Shown one piece after another: positions 36,341-49,789 of a DNA stretch of 64,000 nt. Location: contig NW_021832223.1 in NCBI RefSeq assembly GCF_006345805.1, forward strand, positions 62,001 to 126,000, written 5' to 3'. The DNA comes from Octopus sinensis. Its lineage: Eukaryota. The position numbers and the translations under genes were made by a program. How positions within the stretch are numbered: the stretch's first letter is position 1; every line of letters begins with the position of its first letter. The notes below the pieces were generated by a model. It worked only from the letters and a program-made list of their open reading frames with translations. It made no database searches and had not been told where the DNA came from.

Positions 36341-37511
36341 TAACAAAAATAAAGATTGAATTGTGTAGATAAAAGGATTTTAAATTTGTTGTTCCTTTAA
36401 AATTTTTAAAAAGAAGCCACAAAAATTTAAATAAACATCCGTTTTCAAGTTTTTACGTATTTTTAAACAGACATTAAGTATTGGGGTGTGCAGATTTGTC
36501 AGAGCAACTCAATTTATTGGTTTTGATGATAAAAAATATTTCTTATTAAAGTGTGTATAACATCCCAGTATTCTGGGACTTTTCTGACGAAAATCTAAGA
36601 TATCTAATCAAAAAAACAGAATAGATAGTCAAAAACAAGAGACTGAAACATGGATACAAAAAATACAAAACCGATCAATAAGAAAAGATTGAGAAATACA
36701 GGAAAACAAAATGACCGATAGATAATACAAAATAGAAGAAAAGAACAAAAAACAGAATCTAAAAATTCAAATGATCAGAATAAAGGAAATCACTATATGA
36801 ACAAGATGCGCCAAAATTATCTTGAAAACTTGTATTAATTTCAGGAGTCGAAATAAAAAGTGTGGTTAGTCTGGACATTCAAGATGTATTATTTTTTGAA
36901 CTCAAAGGGATTAGCGTGAAAGCATTGATGCCAGTTTTGCTATAAGATGTCGGTGTATTTGGAATCACTGGTAAGTTGATAAAATTGTTGTCAATGAATT
37001 ATTTGTGGCTATGGTAGTATGGTTATTTGTCTTTGATGCGTTTTTAGAAACTGATGTTGAAGATAGATTAATTGTCACAAATGTGTAGGCATTTTCCAAA
37101 AAGTACAGAACAATGAAAAAAGAAGCTACCAAAAGATAATAATTATTTATTATTAGCACATCCTCGAAAAGGCTCAAACCAATGAAAGTATGTTTCCACT
37201 GTTATATCTAAAAAACAAACCATTCATTCCCGTCGACACATGGAACGTCTGTTAAAAATTCAAAGCAACTAATTAACTTCAATCACAATGTCCGAAAATG
37301 TCAATTTGTTATTTTTTAGTTGTCCCGGACTGACCTTTCATACTCGGTGTAAAGCATCTGTATTAAATCTAAGCAAGCCTGCCTTTTCTCCTCGTCATTG
37401 ATCAATAAGAAACTTTCTCTACATGTTTAGAGATCATATGTTAAATGTGGTATATTTCGAGTCGATATTTATATATTATATTTTTTAAATAATTAAATAT
37501 TTCTTGTGGTA

Positions 37512-38130
37512 ATGTCTGCTGTTGTACGTTCTAAAAGTAAATGGGATCTCGATTATGCGAATCGGTATTCCATTACAAGTCAAACCAACAGCTTAAAATC
37601 TGACGAATCTCTTGCATCTCCACCAGGCGGATATGCCTTTTCCCTCACATTAAAAGAAAGCACATCTACCTTGGACACAGCCACACTTGTAGAACAAGTA
37701 AAACATCAAAAATATCCTTAGAAATCCTGGGAATTCTCCCAAGGGCCTTTCAAGTCAGTTCCGATGAATTTATTCATAATGTGGATGATTGGTAATAGTA
37801 TTCACATGTTTTCCATCATGATGATTGTCATGCTCATCTCCCGGCACATCCAGGCACTCTTCACCCTCTCTGACGGTACAATTATCTTTTCTAGTTGTAG
37901 CGTTCAAACAGTTTGATTCTGTCAAGAACGGACTCGTCAAACAGAAATTGTGTTATGTTATAGGGAATGTTTTTATGCTGGGTTTGGTGGCTTATAAGTG
38001 CACTTCCATGGGCTTACTTCCCAACAAACCAAGTGATTGGGTCGATTTGAATCGCCCTATTTCAGTATTTCTTTGTCAGTTAGGGATTTAGTACTTGGAA
38101 CGTGTTTCTCACTCAGTAACAATTAACTAG
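37512..38130 (+). CDS. EMC4: ER membrane protein complex subunit 4
   Basis: GPFKSVPMNLFIMWMIGNSIHMFSIMM, VIGN, YKCTSMGLLPNKPSDW; introns 37698-37721, 37876-37900, 38065-38091. Confidence 0.92.
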
Positions 38131-40913
38131 TATTATTATTCGTATTTGATTTCTTTTATTTATTACTTGCTTCTGACGTGTTTAAGTGTAAAACTAAATG
38201 TGGTTATAACCTACTATTCCGAACTAAAAATGTTTTTATTGTTTGTTCATTTTTTAAGATAAATAACCTGGAGTGCCCAACAGACATATTGGATTGTCAG
38301 AATAATGTATTATTTTTAGGTTTGGGATTCATCTTAATGAGATCGCCTTGTTTATTTATTTGAGTAGAACAAAAGTCAACTTAATTTTTATCAGATATTA
38401 AATGGAGTAATACACGGAATAGACCAAAATTCACCAAAAAATGTGTTTAAAATTCAGAAAATAATTAATTGGCAAAATAAGTTTAGGAATCATTGCGATT
38501 TAAATAGCGAGAAAAGTCCTCAATTTCAAAATCGAATTTTGACTCATAGACATTAATAATTTGGTTTCCCACTGTAGTAGAGTAATCGACCAGGTTTTTA
38601 GAAGAGTTCTTCCACTCCATTAAAGTAGAAATACATTCATCGGCTTCTTTTTGTGCTATAAATATCATCATTCATAGATATATGGATACTTTTAAAGTCA
38701 TCGTGTTGGTCAGTGTATTTTGTTAGTTGTTCTGTGATTATCTACAGAGATAATTATTTAAAATGTTAACTTCATTGTATTTATTAAGGATAGGAATTTG
38801 ATCTTTGATTTTGTTCTTTGTTAATATTTTCCACAGTTTATTTGTAAGATATGAAGCAATTTCTGATTCTTCAGACATGTCACCACAAACACAAATTGAA
38901 ACGAGCCAATTTAATATAATTTATTGATCTGCAAATTTAAAACAATAAACATGTAATGTTTAGTGTAAATATTATATTACGTTATTTAAAAAATAGGTGC
39001 AGATATAAGTCGAAGATGGTTAAATTTTTTTTAATTTTTTAGGATTTTGCAAGCTTTAACGTCGAAAGCGTCGAAGCGTCGAAATCAAAACAACATTTTT
39101 TGTTCTATTCATTAACTGTAATTTTTTTATTCTGTAAGGGAAAAATATTTCAGCAGTTCTTATAGAAAATGATTTCGTAATTGTTTATTACCACAAAACA
39201 GATTTCTTTCTGCTTTTTATTTTGAGCACCGTCCAATAGAAGGCACTGACTGTTATCTTCGATTTCAATTTGTAAACATTGATAATTATCTGCATTTTTT
39301 TCTTACTGTAGTATCAATATTTTGTCTCCTGGAATTTTCGACCAACCCAAGAATGTATTGCTTGTGTAAATCATTCAATTTGTAAGAATAATCTCCCTCA
39401 CAAAGTTTGTTCTAGATATCTCCGGGTTTTCTCCTTTGACAAAGTATTCTGCTTATAAAGGATAGAGGGATATTTAAATAGTCACTTATTTCTTTGTTAG
39501 ATTTCCAATTAATTGATTGTTTAACGATTAGTTTTTTTGGTTGAAAGGAATATACACCCCCGACATAAATATTGGTGAATCTTCAACTTACTTAATTTAT
39601 ACAAAGAATGATTTAATTTTTTCTTCCGATATATTTTAAAATCTAATAAAATTGCAAATAATTAATTTAATTATTTAAATTTTGAAATTTTGTCTAAGAA
39701 ATTTGGAAAAAACAACGACTTTCATTGACATAAAATTTGGTTATTGTCAAATTAATATTAGAATAACCTCCTTTTGCCGAATAGATCTCCCAAAACCTTT
39801 TTTTCATTGACCCAACTAATGTTTCAAATGTTTTTGTTGGTGTTTTAAATTTGTTGCAATATTAAAATTTAAATTTATTTTTGTTATAAATACAAAATAA
39901 ATATTATTTTAGAAGATCTAAAGAATCCTAAAGTTAGAATTTATTCGTTTTTAAATGAATAGAAGCAGGAAAGATTGAATAACCAAATTTTTTGTCGAGG
40001 GGTGTAGTTTTTCTTTTTTGTTTAGGTCTTAATCTAATACAGAATCTCCCGAAAAACGTTAATGCTTCCTCTACCAGCCGTATATGCAGTATACATGCTA
40101 AGCTTTGAGTTTTGATATCAGGGTTGTTAAAAATAAAAAGAATAAGATTTTTTTGCTTTAAATCTGATTTTTATGAAATAAATGATTTTTATTCAAAAAC
40201 AACATAAATAAAAATGAAAACAATAGAAATCGTATTTAAAAGCTTGTAAATAAAGACAACTTTGGCGGTTTTTTCAATTCCAAGCATATTTCGTAAATTT
40301 GAATGTAGGAATCCAAAAGTCGAAAATATTCGTTTTATTCCACCTGTTGAAGCGACTGCTCCAAGAATTTTTTTTGAAGACTAAAATTGTTTCAGAAGGT
40401 AGTAAGAGTTTGACTCACACCAAGCTATAGGTGATACTTTACTCAATAAGTTTGAAGCGAACATTTATTACTTAAATGGTTCTGCTCTTGCTCTGAAATT
40501 AATCAGAGTCGGGAAAGCATATTCATAATGTTCAACACAATACTTCAAAGCGATGTCATTCTCTACAGTTGGAAAAGATTTCCCACAACATGCTAAGTCC
40601 ATTAGATTTGCAAGTAAGTGGAAAGGTCTTAATGATTGTTTAGCTCGAGTTTTTACTTTTTCTAAAATAGCTGTACATTCATATAACTCTGTTCAAGTTT
40701 CTTCCAAATGTCTACAGCAGGCATTTTCAACTTTTTTTGTTCATCACCCCCTTAGATATTTTATCGCCCCCTTTGAAATTTTATCGCCCCCTTGTGCACA
40801 TACAATTTAAAATTTTGGCCATTGTCCCTTAATTGGTTGTTTTTTGTATATAACTCAAAAATCAAAATATAAAATAATAAATCAAATGTAAAAAATTGAA
40901 TTTTTATTAAAAA

Positions 40914-43900
40914 CTAGCTCGGCAGCTCGCTTCGCTCACCGCGACCTAGCTCCTGCGGAGGGCCTGTTTCATCAAACAACTATAAGTTTATGTAGATGTA
41001 TAAACTACCTGGGTTAATGTAACCCTATTCTATCGCCTGTTGAAAAAACGATGTTTGTCGTCCGTCCTTCCTTGGCATATATGAATAAATTTTCTCTTCT
41101 GCTACCCTCGAGCATCCCACATACAGCTGCCATGTGAAAAACACTCACTCTCTAAAAATACCCAACTACCTTTAATGACTGTCCCTGGGCCTTGTTTATT
41201 GTCATTGCAAAACTCATCCTCAAAGGAAATTTCAGCCTTTTAAATCTAAATGGTAATTCATCAGAAATTATCGGGATTCGTGGAATATAAACATCCTCAC
41301 CTCTATACTTACCTTTAATATCGTCGCCTCTATTACGTTAGCCATCAATTTTTGATAACTAACCTCGTTCCGTTGCCATAATTTAGGTGGCGCAAGATTT
41401 CGTAATAAAACCACTGGAACGCCTATCTTTAATTTTAAAAGATGATTCGGCATTCCAGAGGGATCTAAGAGTTTAAAAATTCAAGCGGCAGGCGAAGATG
41501 CGGCAGGCAGAGATGCGGCAGGCAAAAAGCGACACACAAAATAGATTTAATTAATTACCTTATTAAGCTGACCGTTTTTTCTTCAACTTCGTTTTTCCTC
41601 CTTTGGTTATCTATTTAAAAAATTATTTTTGAATAATAAAAAATATTAGGAAAAAAGAGGCATACAGAAATAAATCTATCTTTACGAAAAACTTCTTTTC
41701 TTAAGGTCGTCTTCCCTCCTTCGGTTATCTATTGAAAAAATTATTTTTGAATAATAAAAAGTTTAGAAAAAGAGGCATACCGAAATAAAATTCTAGATTT
41801 ACGAAAAACTTAACTAAATAGTTAATATTTTTACGCAAATTTTTCTGATGCGCTGTCAATTGGTGGTAAATTGTGTTAATGATTGTGCTAATGTGGTTTC
41901 AACTATCAAAGTGTTTTTCAAAATCTGTTAATTGCACACTCTATTCAAGGTCGTGCGTCAATTGGTGGTAAATTGTGTTAATGATTGTGCTAATGTGGTT
42001 TCAACTATCAAAGTGGTTTTTTCAAAATCTGTTAATTGCACACTCTATTCAAAGTCGTGCAATCTGTAATTGCACATTATGTTAAGTCAAATATGATAAT
42101 AGCTTTAATTTTGATTCATGTCGATAATGGTATATGCATTTAATTTTAAAGAGAAAAACATAGGATGAATTGAATTTCTTTCTTGCGAATAATTAGGAGT
42201 TCATCAGTGTTAATATTCTCGCTGTCGTTTTCATCAAGGATATTCTTGATACGTGAGATATTTGCCTCGAAGGTTTTAATGGACCTCATCATGAATGTCG
42301 AGGACATTAACGTTATTCATTTTAATCAAATGCAGAAAATAATTTTTTGATTTTTTGGCGGTAAGGTTTCAAGGACCTCATCATGTAAGTCGAGGACATC
42401 GTAGTTGTTCATTTTAAAAAACCAAAGCAAAATTTTTTTTAATTTTTTTTTGGGTGAAGGTTTTAAGGACCCCATCATGTAAGTCGAGGACTTCGTAGTT
42501 GTTCATTTTAACCAAAATGCAGAAAGTTTTTTTTAATTTTTTTGGGGGGGAAGGTTTTAAGGACCTCATCATGTAGTCGAGGACATCGTAGTTGTTCATT
42601 TTAACCAAAATGCAGAAAATAATTTTTTGATTTTTGGCGGGAAGGTTTTAAGGACCTCATCATGTAAGTCGAGGACATCGTAGTTGTTCATTTTAACCAA
42701 AATGCAAAAAATAATTTTTTGATTTTTTGGCGGGAAGGTTTTAAGACCTCATCATGTAGTCGAGGACATCGTAGTTGTTCATTTTAACCAAAATGCAGAA
42801 AATTTTTTTTAATTTTTTTTGGGGGGGAAGGTTTTAAGGACCTCATCATGTAAGTCGAGGACATCGTGTTGTTCATTTTAACCAAAATGCAGAAAATAAT
42901 TTTTTGATTTTTGGCGGGAGGTTTTTAAGGACCTCATCATGTAAGTCGAGGACATCGTAGTTGTCATTTTATTTAACCAAAATGCAGAAAATAATTTTTT
43001 GATTTTTGGCGGGAAGGTTTTAAGGACCTCATCATGTAAGTCGAGGACATCGTAGTTGTTCATTTTAACCAAAATGCAGAAAATAATTTTTGATTTTTTT
43101 TGGGGGGAAGGTTTTAAGGACCTCATCATGTAAGTCGAGGACATCGTGGTTGTTCATTTAACCAAAATGCAGAAAATTTTTTTTAATTTTTTTTGGGGGG
43201 AAGGTTTTAAGGACCCATCATGTAAGTCGAGGACATCGTGGTTGTTCATTTTAACCAAAATGCAGAAAATAATTTTTTTTTTTTGGCGGGAAGGTTTTAA
43301 GGACCTCATCATGTAAGTCGAGGACATCGTATTGTTCATTTTAACCAAAATGCAGAATAATTTTTGATTTTTTGGCGGGAAGGTTTTAAGGACCTCATCA
43401 TGTAAGTCGAGGACATCGTAGTTGTTCATTTTAACCAAAATGCAGAAAATAATTTTTTGATTTTTGGCGGGAAGGTTTTAAGGACCTCATCATGTAAGTC
43501 GAGGACATCGTAGTTGTTCATTTTAACCAAAATGCAGAAAATTTTTTTTAATTTTTTTTGGGGGGAAGGTTTTAAGGACCTCATCATGTAAGTCGAGGAC
43601 ATCGTGGTTGTTCATTTAACCAAAATGCAGAAAATAATTTTTGATTTTTTGGCGGGAAGGTTTAAGGACCTCATCATGTAAGTCGAGGACATCGTAGTTG
43701 TTCATTTTAACCAAAATGCAGAAAATAATTTTTGATTTTTTGGCGGAAGGTTTTAAGGACCTCATCATGTAAGTCGAGGACATCGTAGTTGTTCATTTTA
43801 ACCAAATTGCAGAAATTTTTTTTAATTTTTTTGGGGGGGAAGGTTTTAAGGACCTCATCATGTAAGTCGAGGACATCGTAGTTGTTCATTTTAACCAAAA

Positions 43901-44508
43901 TGCAGAAAATTTTTTTTAATTTTTTTGGGGGGGAAGGTTTTAAGGACCTCATCATGTAAGTCGAGGACATCGTAGTTGTTCATTTTAACCAAAATGCAGA
44001 AAATAATTTTTTGATTTTTTGGCGGGAAGGTTTTAAGGACCTCATCATGTAAGTCGAGGACATCGTAGTTGTTCATTTTAACCAAAATGCAGAAAATAAT
44101 TTTTTGATTTTTTGGCGGGAAGGTTTTAAGGACCTCATCATGTAAGTCGAGGACATCGTAGTTGTTCATTTTAACCAAAATGCAGAAAATAATTTTTTGA
44201 TTTTTTGGCGGGAAGGTTTTAAGGACCTCATCATGTAAGTCGAGGACATCGTGGTTGTTCATTTTAAACAAAATGCAAAAAATTTTTTTTAATTTTTTTG
44301 GGGGAAGGTTTTAAGGATCTCATCATGTAAGTCGAGGACATCGTAGGGTGGAAGATTCTTGGAGGAGTTCATGATTTTAAGCTTGTTCCCCATTATTGGC
44401 TAATTATAAGGGGGAAAGATTTTGACAATTTATCTGTACTTTGCCAATTTGAAATTGGTGTGCACACACAGACAGACAGACACACACCATACCATTTTAT
44501 TATTAAGA
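40914..44508 (-). mobile_element. Non-autonomous Helitron with helicase C-terminus and internal satellite array
   Basis: 5' TCTTAATAATAAAATGG, 3' hairpin plus CTAG, A^T target; PIF1 C-terminal MPNHLLKLKIGVPVVLLRNL; GTCT microsatellite near the 5' end. Confidence 0.9.
42280..44345. repeat. ~93-bp satellite array (about 22 units) inside the Helitron
   Basis: Unit gtaagtcgaggacatcgtagttgttcattttaaccaaaatgcagaaa...gaaggttttaaggacctcatcat. Confidence 0.95.
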
Positions 44509-44697
44509 TTATTAGTGAGACCCTTGATATTGATGTTTACTCGCTAAGTATTCTATGTCGGGTTTAAATCCCATTAAAACAGCTTTACTATCTACAATGA
44601 CGCTTTCATCAATTTGTAATGAAAACTTACTTCGCTTCAGTCTTTCAATAAGGATTTCCTTTACATTGTCACCCATTTCACCAATTCTTCGACGAAT

Positions 44698-44760
44698 CAC
44701 CTGAACGTGTTAGTTAATGGTTAAGACGGTGATTTTGTTTGGCTTAAATAATAATAATAA
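44698..44760 (+). mobile_element. ~65-bp 5'-truncated tip of the 2A-LINE family
   Basis: ATCACCTGA...GACGGTGATTTT...(TAA)n matches the 3' ends at 6650-6720 and 25890-25950; interrupts the Charlie ORF. Confidence 0.65.
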
Positions 44761-44769
44761 TCGAATCAT

Positions 44770-47700
44770 CCAATAACGTTGTTGCACGTTGCACGTTGTT
44801 GTTGTGGTGCACTTTTTCAGTATATTTGTCAACCTATCTTATCTTTTTCTTTCATTTTATCTCTCCATCTATCATTTCTTTTTCTTTCATTTTATTTGTC
44901 TTTCTATCTCTTCCATTTCTTTATTTCATTTCTTTCTGTCCTTCTTTCTTCTTTCTTTTCTATTTCTTTTTTATACATTTCAATCTTTCTTTTCTATTTC
45001 TTTCCTACGATGGCTATTTGCTCTTCGTGCAAAACTAGCAACGAACGGAAGAAAGGTAGATACTGTTCTGGCTGCAACAGTTTCTTCCACCTCTCGTGTG
45101 TTCGACTTTCCAGGCGCGTTTCAGCTTCTCTCATAACCTGGAACTGCCCTGTTTGTCGTTCTTGCAGGCCGTTCCCGGCCAACAGTCCGCCGGAAATCCC
45201 TGCTGAAAGTCCATCTCCGTCAGCCGAAGATGCTTTAAGATTCATCTATTCTTCTCGCTGTAACCGCAAAATTCCGGCACGGATACCGAAGGCAGCGAGG
45301 ATTCAAGCTGCTCTCTCTTTGTCCACAGCTATAAACCGCGCTTTGTCATCTAATGACCAGTCTGACTGGTTACTCCTTTTTGGTTTCGCTGTTTTCGGTA
45401 TTGGGATCCAACCCTCCCGGCCCGACAGCGAGTCTAAAAAACTTTCTCCCGCATCGATTATTAAACAGCAACTCGCCCTATTCGATCATTGTACTTCTCT
45501 GTTTCCCTCCCAGTTCGATTCCCTCCACTCTGACTCTCACAAATGTGTCGCCCCTTCTGTGGTTAACACTAAAACTTCCTCCGATTGCATTTACCTCCGT
45601 CGTAAGATGAACAGCAAGCTGTGGACGGCGACGTCCGCGGAGCTGTCAGACTTGTTGCCTCCTCTAACCGGCTTTTGTCCCCATCTCCCTCCGCATTGTC
45701 TAATTTGAGATCCAAGCACCCCAGTCCTCCAGTAACTCCCGCACCCAACCCGCTGTCGATACGACCGCCCTTCCGCAACTGCTGGTTACCGCTTCACAGG
45801 TTGAGAAGGCACTGAAAAGTTTTCCCCAAGCAGCAGTGGGGGTATAGATGGGCTGAAGCCCGGACACATTAAAGACTTGACTTCACCTCTTACTGCTGAG
45901 GCAGGGCGTCTCCTCTTGGAATCTATCACCAATCTCTGTAACCGTCTTATCGTGGGAATTTACCGGATTTTGCCCGGGCGATTTTCTTCTCGGCTAATCT
46001 CACTGCTTTGGGCAAAAAAGATAACGGGGTCAGGCCGATCGCCGTGGGTAATGTTTTCCGCAGATTGGCCGGAAAGCTCGTTTGCCACGTTGTGATCCCC
46101 GAGTTGGTCCCGAAATTTTTGCCAGTCCAATTGGGCGTCGGCGTCAGTGGAGGGTGTGAATCGGTTGCCCATGCCGTAAGAGAACTTATGGATTCTTCAT
46201 TGGAATATCTTTTAGTTAAACTGGACATATCAAATGCGTTTAACACAGTGAGACGGGATCATTTGCTCGAGACCTGCCTTTCTCTCGCCCCCTCCGCTTA
46301 TCCTCTAGTCCACCTTTCGTACTCACAACCCAGCCTCCTCCTGTTCGGCAATTCCTTTATCGTCTCATCGACCGGAGTGCAACAGGGAGATCCCCTGGGG
46401 CCTTTCCTATTTGCTATGTGTGTCAACTCCGTCGCTCATTCTGTCCGCTCTCCGGTAAATATCTGGTACTTGGACGACGCGACGATTTGTGGACCTCCCC
46501 GCTCTGTCTTAGACGACCTGCGGAGCATTATCCGGCCCTTTCATCCATCGGTCTGGAGATAAACTCAAGCAAGTCCGAAGTCCTAAATCTGAATATTCCT
46601 TCCGATTTTTTTGCCGAAACTCTGGACGCCCTGGAACCTATTCTAAAAGGCGCGCGGGTATCAGAAACAAAGGACCTTGTAATCCTTGGTTCGCCAATTG
46701 GTTACGAGGCCCTCTCACAAACGCTCAACGCCAAGGCAAGCAATCTGTCAAACATGATCGAACGGCTTTCCCTCATTGATGCCCACGTCGGGTTCTTTCT
46801 TCTGCGTAACTATTTCTCAACTCCGAGGCTTTTGTACACCCTAAGGAGTTCTCCTTGTTTTCGCATGCCTAATCTGTTATCCGATATCGATTCTATCTTG
46901 AAGTCTGGAGCCGAGTATCTGTGCAACATCCATTTCGACGCTCTGGGGTGGCTTCAATCTTCCCTGCCTGTTAATCTCGGGGGGATTGGCCTTCGTTCGC
47001 CCGTTTATCTGGCTCTTCCTGCCTTCCTCTCGTCCCTGGCATCATCCCGTGCCCTCACTGACATCGTTCTCAGAAACTTTCCCGAACGAAAAATGTCAGT
47101 TGATCACGTGGCCGCTCTGGACCTTTGGGATTCATTGTACAACAAAAGACCCAGTGACCCGTGTATCCAAGCTCAATGGGATGCCATTTCTTGTGAAGCT
47201 CTTGACGTACATCTACGCAAAAATTTCGATCAGCACAGACTTGCATGTCTCCGCGCAGGCTGCTGCACAGGGAGTGGGGCCTGGCTGGATGCTCTCCCTG
47301 TCCCTTCCACCGGTAACCTACTAGACAAAGATTGCCTACGAATTGGTTTATCATTGCGTCTTGGATTGGAAATCTGCGAAATACACAAATGTCGTTGTGG
47401 TGCTGTCATTGACCGTTTTGGTCTACATCCCCTTTCCTGTCGTCGCAGTGCAGGGCGCGCACCACGCCATGCAGCACTTAACGACGTTATTCAGAGGGGG
47501 CTCACGGCCGCTGGGATCCCATCAATCCTCGAACCCGTCGGGCTTGCGAGGGGAGACGGAAAAAGACCCGACGGCCTATCGACTTTCCCGTTTGAGTTCG
47601 GCAAGTCTCTGTTATGGGATGCGACGTGTTCAGACACTTTTTCGGAGCTCAACCTTCCTTCTTCAGCTGTCGAGCCTGGCTCAGTCTCTCGCAAAACCGA

Positions 47701-48000
47701 GAAGATGAAGATTGGAAAGTACAAGGAGCTCTCTGAACGGTATCTGTTCACTCCCATCGCCGTCGAGACTTCCGGCGTCATCGGCGAAAAGTCTCTTTCC
47801 TTTTAAAAAAGCTTGGCCGCATGATCTCCCATAAACGGGGAGACCCACGCGAGTCCAAGTGGCTTTTCGAAAGGATTTCCTTGGCCATAGTACGTGGAAA
47901 CTGTGTTTCCATTTACGATGCCGGGAATTTAGTTAGTTAATAACTATTTGTTAATTACATATAATATGTGAATAAAAAAAAAAAACTGAAAAAAAAAAAA
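44770..48000 (+). mobile_element. Full-length CRE-like non-LTR retrotransposon: PHD finger - RT - CCHC - restriction-like endonuclease
   Basis: 11-bp TSD AATCGAATCAT (44759-44769 / 48001-48011); poly(A) tail; ATG 45010; RPIAVG, GVQQGDPLGP, YLDD, CRCG...HPLSC, RPDG...WDATC, AVETSG; stop 47938-47940; several frameshifts. Confidence 0.92.
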
Positions 48001-49789
48001 AATCGAATCATTGCTAAGAGGTGGACTTTTAATAATTTTAGAAGCATCTTGATGCATTACATCCGATATTATTACTTCCAGTGATGGAATTATTGCATTT
48101 TCTGCGATAGTATGAGAACTGGAAGTTTTCGCAATAATTTCAGCAATTTTATAAGAAGCGATGTGCGCACGCACCCACAACTACATTTAAATAAATGTTA
48201 AATAACCATCATGTACTGGCTTTGTGAATAACGATTTGATCGTTTTCTTATTTTCAAAATTGTATTTTAAATTTTGAAAATATTCAATCGGCTTTGACAT
48301 TTTATCCGGGTGCTTGCGTTTTAGATGATCCTGTAATCGTGATGGCTTCATCGCCTCATTTGAGAAAGAACATTGACAAATAAGACAATAAGGCTGTTTT
48401 GTTTCTTCAGTACTTTGAATAAACCCATATTTTAAATATTCGTTTTGATAATGAGGACTTTTCTTATTTGAGCGAGAAGACATCTTAGATACCAAACAAG
48501 AATGTAAAAACAGCGTGCTATTTTAAAATCGCCCCCCTGTACAAAATTTTCGCCCCTAGGGGGGCGATTCGCCCCCGGTTGAGAACACCTGGTCTACAGC
48601 ATGATTAATCTTCGTAGAATCATTTTGTATTTTGTTTAAAGCGACATCAATTGGCTTAATCAGTCGCAACTATTCTTTAACAAGATGTCTTAGGCGAATA
48701 TTTTGGACTTTGGAAGCAATATCTGTATCAATATCGAATCTGTGTTCTTCACAAATTCTCAAAATTGTAGACCAATGATAAGATTCAAAACAATCGAATA
48801 AAGTGTTCCAGCAAACATCAATCGGAAGAACAAGTTTTTTTTCCTCCAGCAAATTTGTACCATGCAGCCAAAAGATGGACATTTCAAAAGTATTTATTTT
48901 TACGATGGTTTCTTTAACGTTAGCTACTTCTACATCTTTTGCAAGAAGATTGAGATATTGTGCCGAACAACTATATGAAATGGTTTCACTGTCATCTTGC
49001 ATCATTATCTGTCTCATTTTAGCCATGTTAGCAGCATTGTCCGTCACAAGACTCTCGATTTACATCAAAACCGTTGCTTGGCAGACTCGGCAGAATCCAA
49101 TGCAACAGATTGAAGATACTCCACAGTGTGTTTGTGTTCAGAGGTATCCACCGTGTCAATTAAATAGCTTTCTCCATCCGATGTTACAACCGAAACACAA
49201 ATGACAGGTTTATTATGAATGTTACTCCACCCATCTAGCATCATAAACACTGTTTTGTTCTGGAGTCTTTGTCGACAGTCCTCATGTAGTTACTCGGGCA
49301 GCAGCAAAAGGAGTGTTAGTAGAATATACGAATCTAGCGAGTTGCATATCTATCAAATCTTTTTCCGATAACATCATCGTAGTATCGAAATTGATTAATG
49401 ATTGGTCCCTCATCCTCGGGGGCAATTCACTGATTAAACCATTTTTAATTTTAGACGCATTTTCAGGCATATCAAAATTAGTTCGGCATAATAAATAATG
49501 CTGCCTCATCCAAGATACGAGATCTTGTACCTCCTTCCCGCAATTACGACACCTACTAGACTGCCAGTCTTTCGAGGAATAATGTTTATCGAAGTGAATC
49601 CAAATGAAATCACGCTTTCTACCAGACATTTAATCAATTTAAACAATTTTGATTTTTAATGATTCAAATTATTGATTTTTTGATGGATTAAAATCGAATG
49701 ATTTAAATGAAACAGCCCTGTTTGATATTAATGCTTGAAATGTGAATATTAATGCTTGATGAATAGTTTATTTTGAAGCTGTACTGAAG

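Larger units (their letters stand above)
40718..48591 (-). mobile_element. Charlie/Buster-type hAT nested in the outer hAT
   Basis: TIRs CAGGTGTTCTCAAC / CAGGCATTTTCAAC; 8-bp TSD GTCTACAG; YLKYGF...CLIC...SNEAMKPSRLQDH, PLSNDSI|RRRIGEM...FSLQIDES split by later insertions. Confidence 0.9.
40119..49720 (-). mobile_element. Outer hAT transposon (BED finger/ZBED-type) hosting nested insertions
   Basis: TIR CAGGG(T/C)TGTT; perfect 8-bp TSD TTTGATAT; BED finger (49282-49629), LDGWSN, TDNAANM; coding resumes at ~40710 and ends with IKRIFSTFGFLHSNLRNMLG. Confidence 0.9.

Noticed and set aside
38380-39560. Probable small spliced genes on the minus strand
   Set aside because: Exon-like segments are present, but I could not assemble a model or assign a family with confidence.
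42414-44271. Repetitive ORFs (MVKMNNYDVLDLHDEV...), also 53609-53927 and 62468-63597
   Set aside because: Incidental translations of the satellite, with frames shifting at homopolymers.
42280-44345. Regularly spaced repeats resembling a CRISPR array (also 52915-53800 and 62467-64000)
   Set aside because: The whole monomer repeats with no unique spacers, there are no cas genes, and the context is eukaryotic. It is a Helitron-borne satellite.
44779-45009. Hydrophobic, TM-like N-terminus of the 309-aa ORF
   Set aside because: It is a translation of the CT-rich 5' UTR; the meaningful start is the ATG at 45010 (PHD finger).
45600-47810. Frame changes in the CRE element (and in RepHel) as programmed frameshifting
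   Set aside because: There are several, scattered and often at short homopolymers, which fits consensus error or decay better than recoding.
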